A model generated the notes under the pieces. The model saw only the letters and a program-made list of their open reading frames with translations, was not told where the DNA came from and searched no databases. This document shows, piece after piece, positions 1-7,756 of a stretch of DNA of 47,644 nt. Every line of letters begins with the position of its first letter. Position 1 is the first letter of the stretch. The position numbers were made by a program, and so were the translations under genes. This stretch comes from Bacillota bacterium (GTDB lineage: Bacteria > Bacillota > Sulfobacillia > RBS10-35 > JAJYVN01): contig JAJYVN010000002.1 in the NCBI GenBank assembly GCA_021791995.1, forward strand, positions 1 to 47,644, written 5' to 3'.

Positions 1-770
1 GGCTACCGTCACCTCCATCAACTTGGCGTCCAGACAGACCACCTCCAAGCGGCAACTATGGTGAAAAACAAAATCGCCCCCGCGCACTTGCACGAGGCAC
101 GAGCCCAAACCTGGCTGGGAGCCCGCCGCTCTCCCAGCCCCCCGGTGTTGCCACGCGCCGAAGCGCGTGCCGGGTCCCCAGGAACCCTCATCGAGTAGTT
201 TCACCGAGCGGCTCATGGCCTCGGCGATTACTTCGCGCCCGTTCATCGGGTCAGGTGCAGGCCTGCGCTATCCATCGTCCATCGTGGATTTCACCCGGGC
301 GTGACATCCCGTTGACCGGCGGTCACCACGATCTGGACGGATAGCGGGCCCGCTCGCCTCCAGGCGCGCGCAGTTCTCGCATCGTCCCGTCTGCCACTCG
401 GTTCAGCCCGAAGGCTGGCTCCGCGGGGGTTACCCCCCGGCTCATAGCCCCCCGCCGAAGCGGGCCCGATGTGTCGCGTCCGTCTCGTCGACGCCTCACG
501 CGCACGTTCTGTGTCGTGCTCCGACCGGTTAGCGTCCCCGGGCGGATGGCCGGCCCCCCGCATTACGGGTTTTCCTGATCCGGCATTGTTGGCAACTGTC
601 CACCTATCCGATTCCGCCGCCCCAGCGGACCCTTTTCGAGTAGGCGTTCTCCGGCGTGATGCCCCGCCGGCGCCCCTCTCGGTACCAGGCATACGGCTTT
701 CTCGCTAGGCACAGTCCCTATGGGGTTGGTCCCTCACCGCGTCACCGCGTTGGCAAGGTTCGCCATCCCC

Positions 771-799
771 ACTTTAACCCGAGTCAATAACCCAGTCAA
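771..799 (-). promoter_or_regulatory. Candidate leftward promoter: TTGACT (799-794), 17-bp spacer, TAAAGT (776-771)
   Basis: Read on the minus strand. The -35 box lies inside one AGTCAATA repeat. It would transcribe into the ORF-poor, hairpin-rich region 1-770. This is a motif match only. Confidence 0.3.
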
Positions 800-801
800 T
801 A
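782..801. promoter_or_regulatory. Direct repeat AGTCAATA x2 (782-789, 794-801), candidate operator between divergent promoters
   Basis: Two identical octamers 12 bp apart, immediately upstream of the XRE gene. On the reverse strand they read TATTGACT. Confidence 0.3.
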
Positions 802-809
802 GGGCGGCG

Positions 810-818
810 TGCTACAAT
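810..818 (+). promoter_or_regulatory. Extended -10 promoter TGcTACAAT, 6 nt before the ATG at 825 (leaderless geometry)
   Basis: TGN+TACAAT at 810-818. There is no Shine-Dalgarno between it and ATG 825. The hipA-like gene at 22940 has the same hexamer+6 nt+ATG geometry. Confidence 0.4.
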
Positions 819-824
819 CCCCAC

Positions 825-1205
825 ATGAACGAAGACCTGGACGAGAAGCGATACGAGTCCCGGATCCGCGACAAGCGGCTCTGGGAAGCCATCGGCAAGC
901 GCCTCAGGCGAGCGCGCGGCAAAATGGGGCTGTCAGTGGAGGACCTGGCCCCGATGGTCGACCTCGCCCCGCAGACCATCTACCGACTGGAGATCGGCCT
1001 CACCGGCACGACCATCAGCCGGCTCCTCGAATTCTGTAAGGTTCTCGGCCTGGACATCGCCGAGCTCCTCGGCGTCGCAGAGGACGATACCACCAGACTT
1101 CGCCTTGCCTTCCGAGGGCGTCACCTGACAGAGGAGCAACTGCGACAGATAGTCGCGTACGCCGACGACTTGACACGACAGGGCCCGACAACTACAACGG
1201 AATAA
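825..1205 (+). CDS. XRE-family helix-turn-helix transcriptional regulator (126 aa)
   Basis: Frame of track ORF 720..1205. I set the start at ATG 825 (MNEDLDEKRY) because the -10 element lies inside the longer ORF. HTH signature: MGLSVEDLAPMVDLAPQTIYRLEIGLTGTTISRLLEFCKVLGLDIAELLG. Confidence 0.85.
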   Translation: MNEDLDEKRYESRIRDKRLWEAIGKRLRRARGKMGLSVEDLAPMVDLAPQTIYRLEIGLTGTTISRLLEFCKVLGLDIAELLGVAEDDTTRLRLAFRGRHLTEEQLRQIVAYADDLTRQGPTTTTE

Positions 1206-1224
1206 CCGAACCATTAGGGGTGAA

Positions 1225-1839
1225 TTGTCTGTGCCTGAACTCAGCTGGTACAGACGCGACGCCTACAAACACTCTATCGAGTACATGACGTTCGTCGCCG
1301 ACCACGATAGCAACCTCGTCCAGGTGCCGCGTCCGATTTATGCAATCGCAAGATTTCAAGGGTTTCTTCCAACAGATGCCCGCCTCCCGGATTGCACTAC
1401 GGGCGTGCTGTACCAACGAAGAATATTGGTCGAGCGAAGTACGGGCCCAGAGCGTGCGCGATTTACACTCGCGCATGAACTGGGCCACGACGCTTTGCAC
1501 CTTGAGTGCAATCCCGCCGACCTTGAACAGACCGACCTCGAGGAGCACGAGGCAGACTCCTGGGCGGCAGGCCTTCTCATGCCGCACCACTCCGTCGCGC
1601 AGGCCCTGCAGACTGCCAACATCGAACAAACGATTGCGCGTTGGGCCGCATGGGAGCACCACGCGCACCTCATCACACGACTGCGCCGGGACTTCCGAGT
1701 CAGCCTGGCAACGACGCTGCAAACACTCGTGGACATGGGCTTGGTCCAAGGCTACGAGCCGTGGTACCTGATGTTTGGCGTCCTCGACGACTACGAGCGC
1801 GCCTTGCGGCGCCTCCGGGGCGAGGGCCTCCCGAGCTAA
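1225..1839 (+). CDS. ImmA/IrrE-family zinc metallopeptidase (anti-repressor protease type)
   Basis: TTG 1225 (GTG 1231 is an alternative), 20 nt after the XRE stop. HExxH motif in FTLAHELGHDALH. An XRE gene directly followed by ImmA/IrrE is the classic ICE/prophage induction module. Confidence 0.8.
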   Translation: MSVPELSWYRRDAYKHSIEYMTFVADHDSNLVQVPRPIYAIARFQGFLPTDARLPDCTTGVLYQRRILVERSTGPERARFTLAHELGHDALHLECNPADLEQTDLEEHEADSWAAGLLMPHHSVAQALQTANIEQTIARWAAWEHHAHLITRLRRDFRVSLATTLQTLVDMGLVQGYEPWYLMFGVLDDYERALRRLRGEGLPS

Positions 1840-1849
1840 GGGCCGCCTG

Positions 1850-2068
1850 CTACGGCGGCCGGGCGTCGGTTCCCCGTACGAGGGCGTCTCCGCATTCAGT
1901 GAGGACGTACCGCCCTCCCGGCCCCTCCTCGACCTTGATCCATCCTGCCTCGATACAGGCGTCCAGGTGCCGGCGGCCGACGTTTCGCACCCGAAATGGG
2001 TTCGTCCGCCCTCCGTACTTCTTGATGTGCGCGAGGAGCTTTGCCTCCAGCGGGGTCGGTGAGCGCAT
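1850..2068 (-). CDS. Small basic protein, possible winged-helix (72 aa), family not recognised
   Basis: ATG 2068 is preceded by GGGAGGAG. The longer track ORF (to 2284) would overlap the helicase 3' end. Sequence: MRSPTPLEAKLLAHIKKYGG...GWIKVEEGPGGRYVLTECG. Confidence 0.6.
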   Translation of the reverse strand: MRSPTPLEAKLLAHIKKYGGRTNPFRVRNVGRRHLDACIEAGWIKVEEGPGGRYVLTECGDALVRGTDARPP

Positions 2069-2102
2069 GACTTCACTCCTCCCACGTAACCATCCCGGGT
2101 AG

Positions 2103-4889
2103 TCAGAACAGCGCTTGCTGTCCAGACGCCCGCTTGGCCCTTCTGGGCTTCCGAAGCGCGAGCGTCGTGAGAGCCGACGGCATGACCGAGCCCTGAGCCG
2201 GCGCCGTCCCAACCAATGCGCCAACCAAACTGCTGGGTTGGTACGTATCCGCGTCGGTCGCAGGCTCGCTTGGCAGCACCTCAAGCGGGTTTACCACAGG
2301 ACCCGCCTCGACGAGCTGACCGGCCTTCCAGACCTCGGTGACTTCCTTGAGGCCCTCGAGTCCGTAGACGAGCGCGTTCGCCAGCTGCAGCGCCGCGTTG
2401 CGCCCGCTCGAGAGCGCCTGAAGGCCCTCGGCTGAGAACCTGCCCTCCACCGCCTGGGCGGCCAGGAGCTTGTCCCCGAGAATCTGAAGGCACGTCTCCT
2501 GCGCCGTCTCCTCGTAGGCGAAAAAGACGACCTTAACCGGCTCCGACTGTCCCAGGCGCCACGACCGCCGAGAAGCCTGTCGCACCTCGAACAGGCTATA
2601 GCCCGTCTGCGCCCACAGGATGGTCGGGAACTCCACGAGGTCGAGGCCGGTGGCCACGAGGCGTGGGTGGCAGATGAGCACGTCCACGCCCTCGCGCACG
2701 CGCTGGGCGATCCAGGCCTCCCGCTCCTCTGTCGGCACGTCCGTAGTGAGAATCGCCGTCTTGAGCCCTACGTCCTCGAACTGGCGAAGCAGGCGCCGGC
2801 TGACGTCGTACTTGCCCGTGAACTGGCAGTAGACCAGCGAACGCCGGCCGCGCGCCTTCTCCCGGAGGGCGTACGCGACAATCTGGGCCTCCTTGGGAAG
2901 CACCCGGCTAGCATCCCATTCACCGCGGGCCTCGGCAAGCACGTTCCCCTGGGCATCGACGATGGCCTGGTTCGCCCATACGTGGTCGGGATACGCGAGC
3001 GCCGCCTGGATGTAGGTGCCGAGTCTGCCCTTGGATCCGGAGTGCATGGCGGCGCCCGCCAGACTACGCAGGCTGTCCGTGACTCCTTGCACCATGCGTT
3101 CCTGCTGTTCGTCCATGGGGACCATGACGACCTCTTCCTGGTAGTCCGGCAGGTCTGCCATGAGGTCCTCGAGGCCGAGGAAGAGCGCGCTACCCATGAG
3201 CCAGTCGCCGTAGACGGCCGGGTGTACACCGGGCTGCTCCGCCAGATTGCTGGTCGTCGCGCCGAGCTTGCTTGTGCGTTCCCGCCTTTCCGTGACGCCG
3301 TACGTCCGGACGAAAGGCGCCGGATTGCGGTACTCGAACCCGGCGGCACGCATCTTCCCGGCCTTGGTGCGCGCAAGGTGGTAGTAGAGGTCGCTGCTCT
3401 TGCCGCCGAGGAGCGTGCCGGTAAGAAAGACAGCCTTCTTCGAGATCGCGTAGAGCCGCCCGAGCGACTGCCCTTGCCCCGTGTCCCCCTTCTCTTCGTG
3501 GATCTCGTCTGCCAGAAGCACATCGAAGGTTCCGGGAGACACACGGCGGCGGAGGATGCGCGACGGGGACTCCCGCCTGGGCCCCGAGCGATCGGCCTCC
3601 CAGAGCGACTCCTTGCACCGTGGACACTTGGCGTTCGACGGACCTCGACTGCGAAACACGTGCTCCTGAAAGGGTTCCGGCGGCCGGTCCTTCTTCTTGA
3701 AGGTCCGATCGAGCGGGGAACCGCATGCAGGGCAAGACCAGTGGCTGAAGCGCCCTTGATTCGGACCCGAGCGAGAGACGTGGCGGACGGCCACCGGCCG
3801 CCACAGGTAGCCGAGCTTGGCGCTGTCGCGCGGGAGAATCCATACCTCCGTCCCGCGCGGCCGCCCCCTCAAGTCGGGCAACGCGGCCAGGGCGTCCTTG
3901 TAGGTACGGACGGTTCGCACGGTCACGCTGCCGAGCACGGCCCGCGCCTCGCGCGCCCACTTAGGCACGAGGTGGTTGGGTGCGTGAATCAGCACCCGCC
4001 CACGCTCGCCGATCTGGAGCCGGGCCGCAGCCAGACCGATGGTCGTCTTCCCTACACCTTGCTCGCCGACGACCCAGGCCGTCTTGTCAGACTCCAGCGT
4101 CTTCACGGCCGCCGCGGCGGCGTCGGCCTGAGCCTGATAGAGCTGACGCAGGACACCAGCCGGCTGCACAGCATCTCCAGGAGTATGACGGGCGGGCGAT
4201 TGGGTCAGCACCCGCTCACCCAGGGTCTTGCCGAACGTGAGCATGTAGGCGTCAAGGGTGTGCAGGCTTGAAAGGTCGACGTCCGGAGCGCTCATCCCGC
4301 TTGGGATCGAGATGAGGCCGTAGCGAAGGCGATCACGAACCACCTCGAGGAGCTTTGCGGTGTTGGCAAGCACGTCGTAGCCACGTACATCACCGTAGGT
4401 CACGAACGGACGGACGAGGTCCTGTGCCCGAAGCTCCGCCAGTACCTCTTGCGCCCACTCCGGCAGCATCGGCACGCCACGGGCATGGCTCACGCGCCGG
4501 AAGAACGCACCGGCCTCGTCGCCATCCGGCACGAGCACCGTTAGAGCCTTGTCCTCCTCCTGGCCATACGCGGTTTCGGCTACCCCGACGATATGCACGA
4601 GGTTCTGCTCAAGCGGCTTCACCCGGACCCGCATCGGGCTCTCGGAGACGTTGCCCACGAAGGAAAACGGCCCCTGCGGGTCCAGGCGCCGGGCCAGGAG
4701 CTCCACATCCACGGGCGTCTTGAGAACCCTCGCGAGGAAGGGCGCATCCACCTTCGGGACCACCGCCGAGACGACCCGGATGGTCTGAAACCCGCGCTTG
4801 CTTCGCCCCACGGCGGGATCTTCAACGACGGCGAAGCGGTCGGCGAAGGCTTCCACCAGCCGCTGGCCACGGCCAGCCAGGAGTCTCAC
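2103..4889 (-). CDS. SNF2/DEAD-like superfamily-2 helicase with an inserted zinc ribbon (928 aa)
   Basis: The GTG start overlaps the upstream stop (GTGA). Motif I is VVGEQGVGKTT and motif II is LLADEIHEEKG. The C-terminal lobe reads DVLICHPRLVATGLDLVEFPTILWAQTGYSLFEVRQASRRSWRLGQ. A CxxC...CxxC ribbon (WSCPACGSPLD...KCPRCKESLWE) lies between motifs I and II. Confidence 0.85.
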   Translation of the reverse strand: MRLLAGRGQRLVEAFADRFAVVEDPAVGRSKRGFQTIRVVSAVVPKVDAPFLARVLKTPVDVELLARRLDPQGPFSFVGNVSESPMRVRVKPLEQNLVHIVGVAETAYGQEEDKALTVLVPDGDEAGAFFRRVSHARGVPMLPEWAQEVLAELRAQDLVRPFVTYGDVRGYDVLANTAKLLEVVRDRLRYGLISIPSGMSAPDVDLSSLHTLDAYMLTFGKTLGERVLTQSPARHTPGDAVQPAGVLRQLYQAQADAAAAAVKTLESDKTAWVVGEQGVGKTTIGLAAARLQIGERGRVLIHAPNHLVPKWAREARAVLGSVTVRTVRTYKDALAALPDLRGRPRGTEVWILPRDSAKLGYLWRPVAVRHVSRSGPNQGRFSHWSCPACGSPLDRTFKKKDRPPEPFQEHVFRSRGPSNAKCPRCKESLWEADRSGPRRESPSRILRRRVSPGTFDVLLADEIHEEKGDTGQGQSLGRLYAISKKAVFLTGTLLGGKSSDLYYHLARTKAGKMRAAGFEYRNPAPFVRTYGVTERRERTSKLGATTSNLAEQPGVHPAVYGDWLMGSALFLGLEDLMADLPDYQEEVVMVPMDEQQERMVQGVTDSLRSLAGAAMHSGSKGRLGTYIQAALAYPDHVWANQAIVDAQGNVLAEARGEWDASRVLPKEAQIVAYALREKARGRRSLVYCQFTGKYDVSRRLLRQFEDVGLKTAILTTDVPTEEREAWIAQRVREGVDVLICHPRLVATGLDLVEFPTILWAQTGYSLFEVRQASRRSWRLGQSEPVKVVFFAYEETAQETCLQILGDKLLAAQAVEGRFSAEGLQALSSGRNAALQLANALVYGLEGLKEVTEVWKAGQLVEAGPVVNPLEVLPSEPATDADTYQPSSLVGALVGTAPAQGSVMPSALTTLALRKPRRAKRASGQQALF

Positions 4890-5920
4890 GCGCCTTCGCC
4901 TCCTTCCCCGCTCGCAAAAGCGAACACCTCGCCGCCCTCTCCCAACGCCGTGATCTCCACACCGAGGACGTCGTGGGTCACCGTGACTTCCCCGTCCTCG
5001 GTCTTCTCGGTCTCACTGACAGCGCGCCGTACAACCCGCCCCTTGACCACGTGTCGGTGAGCCCCGTCGCCCACGACGCCGTCGAGACGGCCTGTCGCAA
5101 GTTGCAGCGCCACGTGGCCAAGGCGGAGCGGCAAGGGAGGCGTGTCCGTGCCGCCTGGCCGCCCGGCTTCGTTGGCGACCTCGTTGAAGAGCGTCGACGC
5201 CCTTGCCGCGGCCAGGGCCGCGTCGGGGTTCACCCGTGTGGACTCGAACGGCTCGACGTCGAGCGACGCCGCTGCAGGTAGGACTACGGTCTGCCGGGTG
5301 AACGCCGGAAGCCCGGGATCGGACAGAAGTAGAGTGAGCGCCTTTGCCTCGTGAGCCTTCACACTCGCCGTGCGGGGCCGCGCCCGAAGCACCAGGGCCA
5401 TGGGGACGGTAGGGTAGTGCTTGTCCATGTCCAGGCGGCCCATGTGGAGGACCTCGAAGCGTGCCAAGATCGACCGCACGAGCGACGTACCGGCCTCCTC
5501 CAGGGCGTCCAGAGGAAGGACCAGAAGGCCCATGCCCCCCGGCATGAGCTTCCTGAACAGATAGTTCGCGACGCCCTGGTACGGTGAGAGGACCGAGTGG
5601 AAGCGATCCGGCTGTACGTATGCCGGGCAGACGGCGGCGGCCGAAAAAGCCTGATCGGCCACGTGAACCTCCAGATCACCCCCGGCGACCGCCCGGTACT
5701 CGATGCGAGCATTGCTGGCAGCGTTCGCCCACTTTGCCTGTTCCCAGTCCCGAGCCATGAGGTAGACCCGAAAGTTCGAGTACGCACGGGTGCTGGCCGG
5801 CAGGGCTTCGCGCGGCCAGCCGTTCACGCCCAGAAAGGTGGTCGCACGGTTGGCGCCCGTATCGAACTCGAGCAAGCCCGCCAGCTTCCGTGCGTTGGCC
5901 ATCCAGTCGAACTGAGCCAC
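4886..5920 (-). CDS. Hypothetical protein, possibly a degenerate methyltransferase-fold (DUF6094-like) partner of the helicase (344 aa)
   Basis: GTG 5920 follows GGGAGGTGGAGG, and the stop overlaps the helicase start. From memory it resembles methyltransferase-fold proteins that precede SNF2 helicases on conjugative elements. I saw no GxGxG SAM loop. The position expected for NPPY/DPPY reads SPYQ (FHSVLSPYQG). Confidence 0.5.
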   Translation of the reverse strand: MAQFDWMANARKLAGLLEFDTGANRATTFLGVNGWPREALPASTRAYSNFRVYLMARDWEQAKWANAASNARIEYRAVAGGDLEVHVADQAFSAAAVCPAYVQPDRFHSVLSPYQGVANYLFRKLMPGGMGLLVLPLDALEEAGTSLVRSILARFEVLHMGRLDMDKHYPTVPMALVLRARPRTASVKAHEAKALTLLLSDPGLPAFTRQTVVLPAAASLDVEPFESTRVNPDAALAAARASTLFNEVANEAGRPGGTDTPPLPLRLGHVALQLATGRLDGVVGDGAHRHVVKGRVVRRAVSETEKTEDGEVTVTHDVLGVEITALGEGGEVFAFASGEGGEGA

Positions 5921-5973
5921 GCCTCCACCTCCCGGACCTTAACCAACACGAACACGCCCCGCCGGCCAGCGCG

Positions 5974-6012
5974 CCCGCAACGGCGCGAAGCGGCGGAGCG
6001 AACCGTTGCGGG
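5974..6012. other. Stem-loop: CCCGCAACGG [CGCGAAGCGGCGGAGCGAA] CCGTTGCGGG
   Basis: A perfect 10-bp stem in the intergenic gap between the 308-aa gene and the DUF6094-like gene. The 19-nt loop is identical to the one at 7044-7062. Confidence 0.7.
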
Positions 6013-6060
6013 TGCGAAGGACGGCGGGGCCCGATTCGGTCACCGCTTGCTCCCCGCTGC

Positions 6061-6987
6061 CTACACCATCTCCAGAAGACTGCGAGCCTGAGCCTGAGCG
6101 GCCTCGAGCGCGGCCCGGGCGCCGTCGATCCGCGTCTGAAGCAGCCCCTCATATCGCTCCGTGAGTTCAGCGAGGCCACGAAGTGACCGAAGCGATGCTT
6201 CCGTCGCCACCTCGCTCGCCCGCCCGGACGCCAAGAGCTCTCGCAGACTTTCGATCACGCGGCTGGCTTCGGTCTCGACCTGTGCCTCGAGGGAGTCCCC
6301 GATCATGGTCCGGGAGTCCGAGTCGTCGAGCACCGGCACGCTGTACAGCCGGCTCTCGCCGCCGAAGGAGCACACGAACAGCGCGGCGGCCTGAACGGTG
6401 GTCGCGTGCTCGCGGCCGATGAAGAACACGCCACCGGACGGACGCACCGTGACCGGGTCCGCCGTCTGGAGCGCCTTCCCAACGATGTCGCGCACCATCT
6501 GGGAGTTGTAGTGCTCCCGGTTGAAGTCGAAGGTCGAGGAGGCCCGATCAAGCACGCGCCGCTCCTCGGCGTCCGTGATGCCGCCGTAGGCCGCCACGCT
6601 CAGGCTAGCCGTCGGCTTGTGGAGGTGGAGTTCTCCCACCTCCTCGTAATGGAGCTCGACCCGCGCCTTGTCCCCCGTCTCACGGATGAGGTGGTAACTG
6701 AGGCGCTCCCGGTCGGTTTGGGGCGCCTCTCGCAGGAGGAGCCGGATTATATGACCCGCATCATCCGTGCGTTCGGGCAAGGTGCCGAGGTCGCGCACGG
6801 TACGCCGCAGCGCGTCGCTGGAGGCGATCGGCTTGGGAACGACGACACCCGGAAGCCTCGTCGCGGCCACGGCGCGTGCGATCTCATCTCGGGTGGGGCG
6901 CGTGATGTCTCGCACGGTGTACCAGACCAAGGCCCCAAGGCGATCGGTATCGACGTCCGTTGGAACCGCAAGCATGCCCACGGCCAT
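6061..6987 (-). CDS. Hypothetical protein (308 aa)
   Basis: ATG 6987 directly follows GAGGAGGG. The upstream 69 codons of the track ORF are Arg-rich and overlap a hairpin region. C-terminal coiled-coil-like tail (LRSLRGLAELTERYEGLLQTRIDGARAALEAAQAQARSLLEMV). The central motif TVRPSGGVFFIGREH matches no family I can name with confidence. Confidence 0.7.
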   Translation of the reverse strand: MAVGMLAVPTDVDTDRLGALVWYTVRDITRPTRDEIARAVAATRLPGVVVPKPIASSDALRRTVRDLGTLPERTDDAGHIIRLLLREAPQTDRERLSYHLIRETGDKARVELHYEEVGELHLHKPTASLSVAAYGGITDAEERRVLDRASSTFDFNREHYNSQMVRDIVGKALQTADPVTVRPSGGVFFIGREHATTVQAAALFVCSFGGESRLYSVPVLDDSDSRTMIGDSLEAQVETEASRVIESLRELLASGRASEVATEASLRSLRGLAELTERYEGLLQTRIDGARAALEAAQAQARSLLEMV

Positions 6988-7033
6988 CCCTCCTCGCTCT
7001 GAGCAGGCCTGACGGCGCCTTCCGGTGAGGCGA

Positions 7034-7072
7034 GGCGCCGGGGCGCGAAGCGGCGGAGCGAACCCTGGCGCT
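7034..7072. other. Stem-loop: GGCGCCGGGG [CGCGAAGCGGCGGAGCGAA] CCCTGGCGCT, nested in outer stem 7017-7025/7081-7089
   Basis: Same 19-nt loop as 5984-6002 with an unrelated stem that still pairs (two G-T pairs on the plus strand). The outer stem is GCCTTCCGG / CCGGAAGGC. Confidence 0.65.
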
Positions 7073-7112
7073 TCGCCACGCCGGAAGGCACAACACGAGT
7101 TGCGTTGGAGGA

Positions 7113-7586
7113 CTAAGGCGACACGGCGGCTTCGCCTTCCAGCAGGGCGAGCTGCAGTTCGTAGCCGGCGGCCACGTTGGGGTCGTCTGGCCACCGCCCC
7201 TCCGGGTCCGGGAAGAGAGCGCGGAGCACCGTACGCCCCCCCTCAGGGCGCTCCACGAAGCGCAGGGGCACGTTGAACACGCCGCGTACTTCGTCGCCCG
7301 CCCCAAACCGGCGCCCTCTGGTTACTGCCACCGCGATCGGCGCGAGGAGCGCCTGAATGGTTTCCGGCGTTGCCGGCAACACAACCTGAACATCCAGGTG
7401 CTCGAACCGCTCCATGAGCCCGTGCGTATGCGCGGAGGGCACCTGCCCGTCAACGATGTGGTGCGCGGTCCATCCGAACTGCGCGATGGCCTGCCGGTCA
7501 TGCTCAGCCACAGTGGCAAGCGTGGCGCCCTCGCTAAGACCCGCCGCCCGTAGACGGCACGCCTCGCAGTCGTGCTCCTTGCGCAC
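7113..7586 (-). CDS. DUF4262-like protein (157 aa)
   Basis: Pattern IAQFGWTAHHIV....PSAHTHGLMERFEHLDVQVVLP matches my memory of DUF4262 (GW..v..../.YT.GL....HPEl). Not searched. Confidence 0.55.
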   Translation of the reverse strand: MRKEHDCEACRLRAAGLSEGATLATVAEHDRQAIAQFGWTAHHIVDGQVPSAHTHGLMERFEHLDVQVVLPATPETIQALLAPIAVAVTRGRRFGAGDEVRGVFNVPLRFVERPEGGRTVLRALFPDPEGRWPDDPNVAAGYELQLALLEGEAAVSP

Positions 7587-7756
7587 GCCTCTCTCCCCTC
7601 CCCCGGGCCGAAGTTCCAGACTGCCTTTCCCACCAGCGACCGCTCACCTCAGGCGCCGCGCCGGGCACGGTTCAAGGCAGGAAGAGGTCAGGAGGTGCCG
7701 AGCACCCCTCCCCCTGCCCTGAACGGCGCCCGGCGCTAGCGCCGGGCAGTCTGCTT

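Noticed and set aside
1-249. Open minus-strand frame running off the left edge (MNGREVIAEAMSRSVKLLDEG...).
   Set aside because: There is no RBS, and two strong hairpins (113-139, 152-169) lie inside it. I cannot exclude a real gene whose remainder lies outside the window, so I did not call it.
500-640. RNase P RNA-like strings on the minus strand (GAAAAGGGUCC, CACGACACAGAAC).
   Set aside because: The spacing of about 130 nt is far too short. The P4 strands are not complementary, and the GGUAAGGGUGAAAGGGUGCGGUAAGAGCGCACC-type core is absent.
291-692. 133-aa minus-strand ORF, and the overlapping 60-79 aa ORFs on both strands.
   Set aside because: Arg/Gly/Ala-rich sequences with no RBS and no codon-position bias. 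The region is packed with stable hairpins, so I treat it as non-coding.
2667-4271. 534-aa plus-strand ORF. The same applies to 9408..10697, 18712..19794, 25421..27238, 28301..29167, 41707..42882 and 46730..47377.
   Set aside because: Each lies antisense to a gene with clear motifs. The translations are Arg/Pro/Gly/His-rich and low-complexity, with no motifs and no RBS. These are typical shadow ORFs of GC-rich DNA.
6988-7194. N-terminal extensions of track ORFs (6061..7194, 11638..12993, 13971..15224, 16830..17810, 17324..17956, 19418..20710, 34095..34895, 43441..43518).
   Set aside because: The extensions are Arg/Pro/Gly-rich and lose the G/C third-position bias. They overlap upstream genes or hairpins, whereas internal starts have GGAGG-type RBSs.
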